DNA of 63,411 bases, the filler included, from Intoshia linei (Eukaryota; Animalia; Orthonectida), in assembly GCA_001642005.1 (NCBI GenBank). It is 5 parts of 5 records of this genome, joined end to end, with 100 filler letters (N's around TTAATTAATTAA, not from the genome) between each part and the next. Parts side by side here need not be neighbours in the genome. Positions count along the whole stretch, not along the records: positions 17,184 to 41,849 come from LWCA01000530.1; positions 41,950 to 57,138 come from LWCA01000924.1; 3 more parts are not named here. One strand, written 5' to 3'. Below are positions 31,501 through 43,771 of the stretch, in pieces. The translations under genes were made by a program, and so were the position numbers. The notes under the pieces are model-generated. The model was not told the DNA's origin. It was given only the letters and a program-made list of their open reading frames with translations, and did no database searches. Each line of letters opens with the position of its first letter. Positions within the stretch are counted from its first letter, which is position 1.

Positions 31501-34500
31501 CTTCAAACTGCATGTAAACATATACATTAGTATCATTTATGAATTCTACTATTAACATTTTTTATACATGCATTAGATTATGCAAAAAGCTTCAGCTGTA
31601 CCGTTTATTACAGTATTTGGTATTTGCGCAGCAACTTTATCATCAGCATTAGCATCATTGGTTGCGGCCCCAAAAGTATTTGAAGTAGTTTGCCGTGATG
31701 AATTGTTTCCTGGGATAGTATTTTTTTCCGACAAAGACGGTAGAAAATATTCGCAGTTAAAATTATTTATTTTAAACTTTCTCATCTCTGTGGCATGTGT
31801 TGCAATTGGTAATTTTTAATATTTTCATTTTAAACATTTTACCGGTATACTACATGTATTTATTAAAGTGATACAATTTATTTAGGAAATTTGAATGTTA
31901 TTGCCGGTTTAATATCCAATTTTTTTTTGATGGCATACACTTTAATAAACTACGCATGTTTCGATGCCTCAAATTCCAAAATGCCAGGTATTTTTTACAT
32001 GAAAAAAACTCATGATTATGCTATTGTATAATGACTATTATATAACTATGGATACCACGGAGTATGTGAAAATCAGATTTGTTAGAAACCAGATTAAACT
32101 TCAATTTTTTTTATGAAATACATTACAAATGATCAAAATTTACTAAAGCTGACCCACTAAAATAGTTTTATAGTCAGGACTCCTGACTCACAAATTAGTC
32201 ATGATTTTTATTTATTTATATAGTTAAGCGGTTACCATCATACTTCATACCCTAAACTGAAAAAAAATTTCTTACCCCATAATAAATTAAATTTAGTGTA
32301 ACTATGATACCATATTAATTAAAAAAATTTATATTAAAAATTTAAAATTGTTAAAACTCTATTTTACCAAAAACTAATATCTGAAAAATTGTTAATAATT
32401 GAACTGACGAAAAATATGGCCATACATATATTGACAATTATATATGTAAAATATGCATTATTACATTAACAAGGACTCTATTTCGGAATATAAAAAATAA
32501 AACTAACAAAGTAAACTAATAATAATAAACTAATAAAAATAACTAATAAAACTAATATAAAAAAACTCACGCTCAAAAAACTGTATTAGAAATTGATGTT
32601 TTTATGACTGCGCTTTTTACTTTATTAAATAAATGGTTACAGAGAGACGAATAGACTTTATACAATTTTAGTTATCGTAAATTAATTTATACATTTAAAA
32701 TGTAAATGTCTAAGTAAAGATTGTACTTTTAATTATATTAGTTTTGTTTATTTAAGTGTTACATTTTCAAAATTTACCATCGAAAATATTTTTCAATTTG
32801 GCAACCCGTGACATAAGCAAAGTTATGAAGCCCTAGTCTACACAGAATTCTTCAAACTGTCTGAATTGACAAAGATGTATTATTATTATTATTAACGTAT
32901 AGGTTGGAGGCCTTCTTTTCGCTTTTATAATAGATGGACTAGTTTGCTTGGAGCAGCATTGTGTTTATCAATGATGTTTATTCTGCAATGGTATACAGCT
33001 CTAGCCACCATTTTGCTAATAATGATTTTTTATTATTATGTCTCATTCAGAAAACCTGGTAATTGAATTTAAAATTATTTTATATCTTATGCATGTTAAA
33101 AATGTAAATTTTTGACCGAAATTAGTAAGTTAAATAAAATTTTATCAATATCGAATTTCCATGTGGATTTTTTGTGACAATACTTATTTTACACACACTG
33201 ATGTATGCAGTGTACACTGTACATTGTACACGGTATCTTTCGGGTCGTATTCAAGCATTCCGAATCATGCTTCGGATGCTTTTATATAACTCTAATACAC
33301 AGTAGTACATGTGTTAATTGAATTTGTAGATTAGAGTAAAAAATGATCATGACTCGTAACTTAATCGTAGACTACGTACATATTTATGAAGGGTGGTACG
33401 GACAGAAAACTATGTGTTTGTATATTTTAGCCACCTAGAATTATTCATTTTTTAGTATTATAATTTTAGATGTAAACTGGGGATCGTCCTCCCAAGCAAA
33501 TGTATATAAAAATGCTTTACAATATTCTATTCAACTAAATAATATTGAATCTCATATCAAAACCTACAGGTTACATATTATACTTTTTATAATTACTACA
33601 AAATTTATTTATTATTTATTTATTAATTTTATTATACATTGTATTTAATCATTTACTAGACCTCAGTTTTTAATATTTTGCAAAGAGAAGAATCTAGTAG
33701 ATTCAACTCATCTTTTCCTTATCAAAGGAATTACGGGTACAAGGAGTTTATTGGTTTATGCTCACGTTATTATTGAAGTATATTTATGTTTACATATCAT
33801 TTTCATTTATCGTAACTTAGCTTGGATGTTAGGTGCTTCGTACAAACAACAACTAGCTATGCCTAGAGGCCCTTTTAATGTTAAGACCGAATTTTTTTGA
33901 TTACACTGCTGTGTATATCCTATGTGCAAACACAACTTATTACTTTTGAAATTTTTTTAAAAAAAACGTTACATAGTTTTTGGACAAATTTTTATGGAAT
34001 AGAATAATCTATAATTATAAACAAAAGGTGTTTTATTTTAAAAATTATTTAAAAACAATACAATTACAGTACGAACCCTAGAAAATCGTGAAGAGTCATT
34101 TATTTAGTTTGAAATGTATCTTCTTTCTGTAAAAGTGATATACACAGTTGTATAAGAAAAAATACGACACAAATTTAAAAACCATATAAATTTTTATATA
34201 ATTTCTAGTTTTTACGTGTTCACTGAACACTATTCAGTGATGAAAATTCATTGTCTTATTAAAAAATAATAAATTATCTTTAGCCGGATGAATTGAATAT
34301 GCAACAAAGTAAATGTTTACTTAAAAATAAGAGAGATACCGTGCATAAAGATTTATCTGATCATTTGGTAAAAGGTTTTAAAAACATTATAATCGAGGAA
34401 AGCTTTAAAAGAGGCGCACAACATATACTTCAGGTATTAACAGTGTAAATTTAAATGAATATAATTTTAAAAGTTATCGGGTCTTGGAAATTTGCAACCA

Positions 34501-36963
34501 AATGTAGCAGTATTAAAAATGAGATCAAATTGGACAGAAAAAGATATTTTGGTGACTCATGAATATTGTCTTTTAATCAGGTAATTTTTAAAATAAATTC
34601 GTAAAAAAATTATTACAATATGAAAATAATTAATTCATACATTATTAGATATGCTCTTTTTAATAATTATGGTTTGGGTATAATGGATATCAAAAACCCA
34701 AATTCTTTACGTTTATATGAGGATATAGACAGTGAAATTTATGACAAAGCAGATAAAATGAGTGAAGAAAGCAGCCAAATCAATTCAAGTTGTGATCAAA
34801 ATGAAGTCATTAGCAAAGAAAGTGAAACTTCCAGTTTTAAGAGCAATCCACATTCTGACGTGGAGCAGCCTAACAAAAAATCTTCTAGTATAAAAATGAA
34901 ATGTGAACTGAATGGAAATAAAAATGATAAAGATGGTGATGAAAATTTAAATGAAATTAAGCGAATCTCCACCGTTTCTAATGTGTCGAAAGGTTCTACC
35001 GATACGAAAGATTCAAAAATTTCCAGAAATTCGAAAAATTCAAATAGTACACGTGGAAATAAAGATGAAATTGCTATTGATATGACTAAAAAAAAATTTG
35101 GAAAACCCAACAACCGTATTATTAAAAAAATAGTTTCCAATTGGCAACAGTTTTACAAAACCAAGGGCAAAAAGGGAACTATAGATATTTGGTGGTTATT
35201 TGACGATGGGGGTAAAATACGTTAATGTGTTGACAATATGTACTTTAGGTTTAACCCTTTTGATTTCTTATATACTAGCGAATCGTAGAAAATTCATTTC
35301 TAGCAAATTACGCATATTTTTTGTCACAAACAAGATTCAAACTTATTTTGCAGATAAAATGAAGTAATACATTTTTTATATTGTGTTTATTCATTCATTA
35401 TAGTTATAATTTAGAATGATTCAGTTGTTGGAAAAATTTCGAATTAAATATTATCGCTTACATTTTGTTCATTTATGCAAATTACCTGGTGAAGACAAGT
35501 AAATTTAAAAAAAAATTAATCTTTTTTACATTTTTATTTAGAATGCGAGAATTTAAAGATATGTTGGATCCATTCTATATTAATTCTAACAATAAAAACG
35601 AAATTAAAAATTATTCAAAATCAATTTACACTTACAAATCTCAATATATATTGTTTTTGGAAACGGTATGCATTAATATTTATTACTACAGATGTATTTA
35701 TTATATATAATAGTTTATAATAGTAATTATTAGTATTATTTATTATTATTTTATTTTTTTCAATACAAGCTTACAATATTGTAGCTACTAGCTAGAGATA
35801 TAACCGTATCATGAAAGTATTATTATAACACGAACGTATCAGTAAATTAAATTATTAAGTAAGTTTATCAATATCAGCTGAAATGCTCAGTACTCCATAA
35901 TTAATCTTATGAGTGAAAATTTTTGACGGTTAGATGTATTCCCTATCCTTAGATTTGGTAAATATTAAATATTACTGAATTTTAATTCATGGATTGTCAA
36001 AATATTCTTTTTGTTGAACTGTTTTGACGAAAAAACTTTTGTGAGTAAAGAAAAAAACAAAAGAAAGTTAGGCAAGTGTAAAGTAAAAATAAAATTACAA
36101 TATTAAAATTGGGTATACTGCTGTGACAGTTACTAGTATTTAATTTAAAAGTTTTTTTTTCTTACATCATTTTTGTGTATTAATGTAATGATATTACATA
36201 ATTGTATATTAATATGTTAGTGATACGTTCAATTTTGATAATACGTTGCAGCTGTTAACGTAAGATTTGTAAATTATTGTATGCAGTAATAATTATCGGT
36301 AAAATGTGTAAAGTGCAAGAATGTATTTTATATTATTGATATTTAGACAAATCGATTATTAAGATTATCTGAAATGGTCACAGAAATATGTTCAAATTCA
36401 TCTTTGTGTATCATGTAAGTTAATATTATTAATTTTAAAAGTATTTTACGCATTTAACTGATAGTTTCGATGATTTATAAAGACATCGGCAATCTATATT
36501 ATTTTTATTTAATTATTGAAGGAGTCAAATTTAGTATACTTGATTATGGAAATTTCTGACAACTGTGTAGTGTTGATTTAATTTTTACTCAACACTTTGG
36601 TAAATTTCGAAATGATAAAAAAAAAATATAAAATGTTTGCTTTCTGACATTGCCCATCAATCGAAAAGATTGTCGATGTAGTAAACACTATGTGTGTCAT
36701 CTACTGCATATGCAGTAGTTGGAAAATATAGAAATGCTAATAATTTTTAAATTTTACCACATACATAGTGTTAAACTGTAACCATTATGCATGTATATTG
36801 TTATTATTACTTTCTATATTATTTGTATAGTACATTGCCAATATTTAAAGAAAATATGCCATCAACGTTATACATTAGTTGGTTAAGTTTAATATGCAAA
36901 TCTGCTCCAAATGTATTCTTATTACGTGGAAACCAAGACAGTGTTTTGACATTTTATTCTTAA
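19529..36963 (+). CDS. SLC12A2: Cation-chloride cotransporter, NKCC (SLC12A1/2-like), 22 exons
   Basis: Exons 19529-19989, 20215-20458, 21921-22049, 22875-23046, 23419-23558, 24504-24729, 24911-25038, 25579-25711, 30682-30752, 31577-31808, 31886-31987, 32903-33058, 33470-33569, 33660-33777, 34284-34433, 34474-34580, 34649-35211, 35249-35363, 35415-35498, 35542-35665, 36347-36414, 36831-36963. Motifs [89 protein letters not shown]. The symbol marks the subfamily; one-to-one orthology is not shown. Confidence 0.93.
20743..21765 (-). mobile_element. Diverged Helitron family copy in NKCC intron 2 (hosts a MITE)
   Basis: CTAG/hairpin 3' end at 20743 and internal similarity to about 21765. Confidence 0.65.
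21071..21282. mobile_element. pogo/Tigger-type MITE nested in a Helitron
   Basis: TA|CAGTCAAAATCTCATTTAACGAA ... TTCATTAAATGAGATTTTGACTG|TA (22/23 TIR match). Confidence 0.85.
22476..22799. mobile_element. pogo/Tc1-type MITE in NKCC intron 3
   Basis: Colinear with 4172-4502, with TA on both sides. Confidence 0.85.
24292..24404. mobile_element. Short degenerate hAT MITE
   Basis: caatggttctaa ... ttgggaaatgttg; TSD tattaagt / tactaagt. Confidence 0.5.
25249..25543. mobile_element. hAT MITE in NKCC intron 7
   Basis: TIRs CAGGGGTCGGCAAC / GTTGCCGACACCGG; TSD atataaac / atatagac. Same family as 59911-60191. Confidence 0.85.
25755..27097 (-). mobile_element. Longest Helitron family copy with both termini (~1.34 kb), NKCC intron 8
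   Basis: Both termini present (A|CTAG ... taagtaagga|T); no long ORF. Confidence 0.85.
28190..28545 (+). pseudogene. Probable piggyBac transposase relic in NKCC intron 8
   Basis: Broken-frame motifs in piggyBac order: [38 protein letters not shown]. Confidence 0.45.
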
Positions 36964-38806
36964 AAATGTAAAAATGAATACTACATTAAATTTTGAATTT
37001 AAGCTTAATTAATCCAATAAAAGTGGTAAATTTACATGCAAAAATGATAATAAACTTGAATCTAAACAATTTGAATTAACTCTAATACTCCCAGACAAAT
37101 TTTTCCAATTTTTTGGCTTCGATTTTTCCAAAAATTTTAGGTAACTACCAATTGTAGTTATGGAGTTATTTCACATTACATTAGTTCACATTGGGAGTAT
37201 AAGGCAAATAAAAGCTGTATATATAAAACCGCATCGTCAATATACCTAATTATTTCATCAAATTGTAGCAATACATGAATTCTATCATATGGTATTCATT
37301 AAATTCAGTTATTACTATTTACTTACTAGTTACTATTACTATTACATTAAAACTATTGAATCCTATTCGCGGCCATTTTTATTTCATTAACCGTGGGGAC
37401 AATACATGTTAAATATTAAAATTAATTAAATATATACTTTTGTTAATAAATACGTTTTCAACCGATTAATATTGACGGAAATAATTTTTGGGTAATCAAA
37501 AAATGAATTAAATTGACATTTAATCATATTCACTTCCAATTTATCGAGGTAGATATTTTGTTCGTCACTGGCTAAATTTAACTTTACAATAATTAAAATG
37601 TTACCAAGAAGTGTAGATAGGGAATACTTTCTCACTATTTTGGAATGTTCCCTGGTCGATTGGAACAAATTATAATTCAAATGTAAAAGTTAGTTATTTT
37701 AATAACACATTTGCATATATACAATTTACATGTATATATTCTACATTCTATAGTATAGAATGTTGACATTACAAATTAAATGCAATACAGGGCTTATATT
37801 TAATTATCCCCTATCTATAGTTTGTTACGTTTTATCGATACATTTATCTATCAATATAAATATATAATTATCTATTAACATATATATGTATTTATTATTT
37901 TATAAATTACTAGGTTGACTGTTTTGTACTACCAACAAACAGGACCTAACTCTGCCGATGGAACATTTTTAATTTTACTAAAAAAATAAATTCACGTTAA
38001 AAATCCAACTTAAAAATACTACTAGCCACTATTATCAATTTTTTTTCACGTGGACCCGTTATCATATCACATTAAAAAGGCGTTGATAAAATCTATTACT
38101 AGACAGAGGGGGGTAGAAAAAACAAGTTTGATAACCCCTGATGTAAATCATTATAAATTATAATTATCTACAAAAAACAAAAAAGCAATGATACATATTA
38201 GATATTAATACTTACATTTGTAAAACACGCGTAAATTATCAGTAAAATAATTTTCCCTAATATATAAATCTTGATGTTTTTGTCTATCAGAAATTGATTT
38301 CCAATTCTAAATAATAAAGAAAACAAATAAAAATGTCTAACCAATTTGCAGTAATTTTCAATTAATTGACAAATTTCATTTTTTACTTTTCGAAAAAACA
38401 CATATTCAGTTTTCTAATATATATTAATTTAATTATTAAACTTATAATGATTAATAAATAACATACTTGAATTTTATTGTTTTCAGTACACATATTTAGT
38501 TCACTCAAATGATTATTTAAAATATTTAAAAAGTAGTTCAAATTACAAAACTTGTGATTTCGGTACATTTCAAGTTCTAGTAAAATATTTAACGTTTATC
38601 AAAAGTAATGAATACTATTTTCATTATAAAATATGGAATATTGATCGTCTGCAACAATTAAATCAAATTCTATAAAATCATTGTCTTTATAACTGTGTTT
38701 AAATATAATGTTGACACTAAATATATTATTAATAATTTTTATTATAGTGTTTCATATTAATAAAAAATGTTATATTTTAAAACAATTTTAGAGTGCATAT
38801 TATTTA

Positions 38807-39776
38807 TCCTAACTTATATAAAAGGCTACGCGATTTTTGTTTGTGTGTGTGTCTTAATTTAAATAACTACGCGTCTTAGAATTTTTTAAAGATTACATTT
38901 CAATTACAGTTTTTTCCGGGACGTATATTAAGAAAAATTCCAACCTCTTAATTTCACATCTTACGGGTCAAAAACCCCAGTTGTCCCTCTTTTTCAAAAT
39001 CAAACGAGTTGGAGAATTTAAAAAAATATATAGGCTGATGTGGATTTTAAAATCATAAACATTATCACAATTTTAAATTTAAAAAAATTATATTTTCAGG
39101 GCCAAAACCCCAAATTACCCTTTCTTTTTTTTGAAAACAGCCCTAGAATTTCAAAAAATTTAAATAATTTAAATAATTAACAGTCCGACAATTAAAAAAA
39201 AATTATTTTGATAAAACTTATTCCAGTTGATATAAATACAAAATTTCAACCCCAGAAATCTACGAATTCCCGATAAAAAATAATTTTTAATACATCACCA
39301 ACCAATACTTTTCAAATATTTCGATTAACAATAAAATAAAAATTGAAAATGTAAATATTTATCCTACAATTTCAAAAAAATAATTGCATTGAACGTTTAC
39401 ACATTTCCAATAAAGAAATATGGGTGAAAATCTATATAATTCATTTCTTCGGAATTTTTTTCATTGCTATGCAATTTTGCAATCTCAAATTCTTATTTTC
39501 AAAAAATTTAACGTAATTTATTTTAAAATTACAGCAACTAAAAGTAATTGTAATTGCATTGTAATTTACAATGCTTTGTAATGTTGGTAAAATTCATCCG
39601 AAATGTTTTTAAACTTCTGCTTTAGTTAATTATTGATACAAAATTAATATTTTTTATCATCGAAAAAAGATACTGAATATACATGTTTATTTACAATTTT
39701 ATCTTTTATGGAATTTAAGCTGTTTTGACAATTTTTATGATTTACTATTTTGGCTTTATTTTTAAGATTATACACT
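38807..39776 (+). mobile_element. Helitron family copy interrupted by nested insertions
   Basis: 5' A|TCCTAACTTATATAAAA end. It follows the 45478 copy up to ttaagattatacact, then stops abruptly. Confidence 0.8.
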
Positions 39777-39780
39777 AAGG

Positions 39781-41247
39781 CACAGCCTGTCTGAACTAAC
39801 ATTTAGTTCGAAAAAATTACTCATTCAAAATTTCAATACTTTCTGATTTGGCACACTTTCAGAGTATTTTAAAAAAAATTCTTAGTACCGTTTTTGAGTA
39901 AAGGTCAAAAATGTATATTTTTCTCCAAAAATTTAAATAGATGGAAATTTCAATGTCTTGAAAATTTTGAAGGACTTCAAACATCTTGTAAAAGTTATTT
40001 GAAATGGCATATATGTATAATATAATATATATCATCTCAGTATCAGTGAATATTGAGCAAAAAATTTATTAATATTTCAACTTAAAAACTTTAGGTTAGT
40101 AGAAGAAAATTATTAGATATGCTTACTAGCATAGTAATGTACTGATTTTAGGAGCTGCTGACCATATTTATCCACATTAACTTGAGAAACTGAATATTTA
40201 TTCCATGTTTTTTTGAAATTTGCATGTACTGCCTCTGATACTTGTTCAGACCAATAGCCAGACTTGAATTTTTTTGGTCATAAAAATCTGCTATGTGAAA
40301 AAATACAGCATGTAATTTTGGTGTAATTCTTATGTTTAAGTTCAGGTAGCTCTTTCGGAAATTTTCAATTTTGTAATCTATTGCTAAGACAGTGCCAAAA
40401 CAAGCTTGGACAACTAATTTGAAATCATTCAAAGCTTTTATAAATTCTACTTTTGGACAGTTGAATTCTGTAATCAATAGTTCAGTTTTTTGTGTTTCAA
40501 TGTTTAATTTTCTCAACTTTTATCACATTTTCGTAATTCTCAGGAATAAATAAATTTTTTGACACTTCAAAATCACTAAGTCCTGTTTTTGGACGTCCAG
40601 AAGAATTACGTTTTTTAATTTTAGAAACACTATTATTACTATTGAAATTGAATGATAATTATGATAGGCAAATTGTGCATAAACAAGTTTTTTTCAGTAA
40701 AGATCGAATATTTCGTTTAGAATTAATGGTAAGTTTAGAATGATCAAAAATTTCTCTACTAAATTTTTCTACTGAAAATACCATTTCCATATTCATGGAC
40801 AATTTTCTGGCAGTTGCTGCATATCACATTCGGTAAACGATCATCATTTTTATCAATACCATATAAAAATATAGCTCAACCAGGGAACATACACGAGTAG
40901 AGATCGAACACATAACTTTTGTTTTACCAAAACACAATAAACATAACCTTTTCCTATTTTGTTCCTGCATAATAATAACAAAAAATAGGTAGAATATAAT
41001 TTGAAATTTGAAACAAAACAAACTTTCATCAATTTACACAAACAATCAAGGCTAAAATTAGTATTATTGAACATTTTATTGAAATTTTTAGAAAAAAATA
41101 TACCTTTTTGACCTTTACTCAAAAACGCTACTAAGAATTTTTTTAATTTTTTTTTAAAAATACTCCTAAAAGTGTGCAAAATCAAAATATGTTGAAATTT
41201 TGGATGAGTAATTTTTTTGAACTAAATGTTAATTCGGACAGGCTGTG
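39781..41247 (-). mobile_element. Internally deleted Chapaev-like (CMC superfamily) DNA transposon
   Basis: ~165-175 bp imperfect TIRs starting CACAGCCTGTC / GACAGGCTGTG; flanks aagg / tagg. Frameshifted transposase: NRKRLCLLCFGK..DDRLPNVICSNC..CLCTIC..GRPK, then VVQACFG..ITPKLHAVFFHIADF..GYWSEQVSEAVHANFKKTW. Confidence 0.8.
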
Positions 41248-41849
41248 TAGGGTGGACACAATTTCAATATTTTTAAATTTCTTATGGGCCATTAGCCAGT
41301 AAGTTTCGTTTTGTTAAATTAACTTAAAATACATAATTTTAACAAAATTTGAAAACTCTACGAGGGTGCTCAAGGATACTAAATTTTAGTATACGATTTT
41401 TATACATAACTATGTATAAGTAGAATATACCGAGGGCTTATCTTAGTTTGACCATATTTAAGATAACATTGATTACGGAGACGTTCAGTTTGGCGAAAAA
41501 ATATTGTGCTTAAATGATTACCAAATGTTTGTAGGTGTGCCTAATTAAAAAAAATTCAATATTTTTGATATTTTGTAAATGTATAATAGCATGCAAAAAG
41601 TTAATATTGTTTCACTTTTCGAATTGATCAGAACCCGAAGAGCTATAATTTTAGAAAATCCATCAGATGTTATACACACCGTTAAAAATTCAACAATTGT
41701 ATTACCATAATCATGAGCTCTTTTCCCGTCAAATTGCAGACAAAAATCTTTTTTAAAGAACTGAATATCTGAATTTATTTTATCTGTACAGCAATCAATT
41801 TCTTATGTTCAAAGCACGCATGCACCTTGTTCTATAAGGAATGATAGAA
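41248..41849 (-). mobile_element. hATm-like transposon end with transposase fragment, truncated by gap
   Basis: Terminus TAGGGTGGACAC; open minus-strand frame 41784-41545 containing DFCLQFDGKR..VEFLTVCI..LRVLINSKSETI (hATm-type HFDGK catalytic motif). Confidence 0.55.
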
Positions 41850-41949
41850 NNNNNNNNNNNNNNNNNNNNNNNNNNNNNNNNNNNNNNNNNNNNTTAATTA
41901 ATTAANNNNNNNNNNNNNNNNNNNNNNNNNNNNNNNNNNNNNNNNNNNN
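41850..41949. other. Assembly gap spacer
   Basis: 44 N + TTAATTAATTAA + 44 N. Confidence 0.97.
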
Positions 41950-42788
41950 AATTAATATACTATGAATGATATATAATTATTATCTTAAGAATACAAACAA
42001 CTATTAATTGTAAATAATTTTATTTTTTATTTATTTGTAGAAATCGAATTATTTCAAATTATTCTGTTAAATTTAATCTAGATCTATTTTTGTTCACCAT
42101 TTTCTATAAAAAATTATTATGCTTTAAAAAAGTTAACTATATAACAAATCGTATGTAAACTTTGAATTAGTTGTTCTAAATGAGGATAGAATGAATTAAG
42201 TAGAATTAACGATAAAGTAAAATATAGAATAAACTAATTTCTGGTAAACAGTGCTACCATATTTTTGTATAAAATTTAAGTTAAATTTGTGGCGGTATTG
42301 AGAGGCCTCACTGTACTTTTAAAAACTAAATAAACTTATAAATTGAACTTTAACTTAAATGTTCATTTTTCTAATGAAAAATTAATCAAAAACATATTTT
42401 GTTTCTAAGAGTAACGTAATCGGGTGTATAACTCATAAAAATGAAGTTATAAGTACATTCTTCAACAAGATAATAATATTAATTACTAGCAGTAACTTAA
42501 ATAGTTAACTACTAGAAACTTAACTTAAACCAAACATTATATTTTATGTAGAGAATGAATTAACATAATATATTCATTCTAGATTGAGTGATGATAACGA
42601 TAGTTATACTAATGTTGATCTATCGTTACTCTAAACAATAAAATTACTACTTTTAGTACGACAAAAATATGGTCAGCCTAATTTATACAGTAAAATTTTT
42701 ACGTTTACATAGAAATTATCGAGTACTTAATTAGTACGTATTTTTTTAACTTAAAAAAATACGCATATCTGGCCACTTTATACATATA

Positions 42789-43431
42789 CTAGTTTGGCAG
42801 TTTTAATTTTTGGACCGTTAATTATTTCACATTTTTGGTTTTAATAAAATATTTCGGAAAAAAAATATACGAATACTAAAATGCTTTTTTGATTGTGAAG
42901 TCGTCACTTATTCTGATTGAAATTTTTTATGTGTGTTAGCATGATACAACTCTACCACCTGTAAATTTTTTGAAATTCTAGGGCTGCTTTCAAAAAAAAA
43001 GGAAGGGAATTTCGGGTTTTGGCCATAAAGGTATAATTTTTTTAAATTTAAATTTATGATAATGTTTATGATTTTAAAATCCGTATCAGCGTATATATTT
43101 TTTTAAATTCTCGAACTCGTTTGATTTTCAAAAAAAAGACAATTGGGATATATATTTTTTTAAATTCTCCAACTCGTTTGATTTTCAAAAAGAGGGACAA
43201 TTTTTTAAATTCTCCAACTCGTTTGATTTTCAAAAGGAGGGACAACAGGGGTTTTTGACTCTTAAGATGTGAAATTGGGAGGTTGAAATTTATCTTATTA
43301 TACGTCCCGGAAAAAACTGTAATTGAAATGTGTCTTTAAAAAATTCTAAGAGTGCTAGTTATTTCAATAAATTAGGACACACAGACACACACAAACAAAA
43401 ATCGCGTCGCATATTATATTGTAAGTTAGGA
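42789..43431 (-). mobile_element. Helitron family copy with internal triple tandem duplication
   Basis: Termini CTAG and gtaagttagga. The unit ttttttaaattctc(g/c)aactcgtttgattttcaaaa..gacaa occurs three times at ~43095-43250. Confidence 0.8.
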
Positions 43432-43771
43432 TGTATTACATACATTTCTATATGTATAGAGAAAAAGTTTCTCACAATTAATAACACAATAAAATACCTT
43501 AAAAAATACAATTTATTATTTTATGAAACAAAATTTTAGAATTTACAAAATATAAATTAAATCTTAAGTTAACTTTAAATTAAAAATGAAAAGTAAACAT
43601 TGTAAATATGGATGGTATATTTTTTCCAGAAAATTTAAAAATTGACCTCTTCGCTTTTTATCATTATCAAATCATTATTCTACAAAGTTTTATCTGTAAT
43701 TTAGAAATTTTGAGTGAAATATGGGGTCAGTGGAATTTAAAGTTAAACCACTGGTAAATATGTTTTATTAG

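Noticed and set aside
32495-32565. AACTAAT-like degenerate tandem repeat
   Set aside because: Ordinary low-complexity intronic sequence.
34796-35140. Minus-strand 114-aa ORF (also 20330, 22871, 31573)
   Set aside because: Antisense shadows of NKCC exons.
38198-38700. Possible further hAT transposase relic (FCNLNYFLNILNNHLSELN)
   Set aside because: Too degraded to support, and no paired TIRs.
43095-43250. Three direct repeats that could look like a CRISPR array
   Set aside because: Local tandem duplication inside a Helitron; no unique spacers, no cas genes, eukaryotic context.
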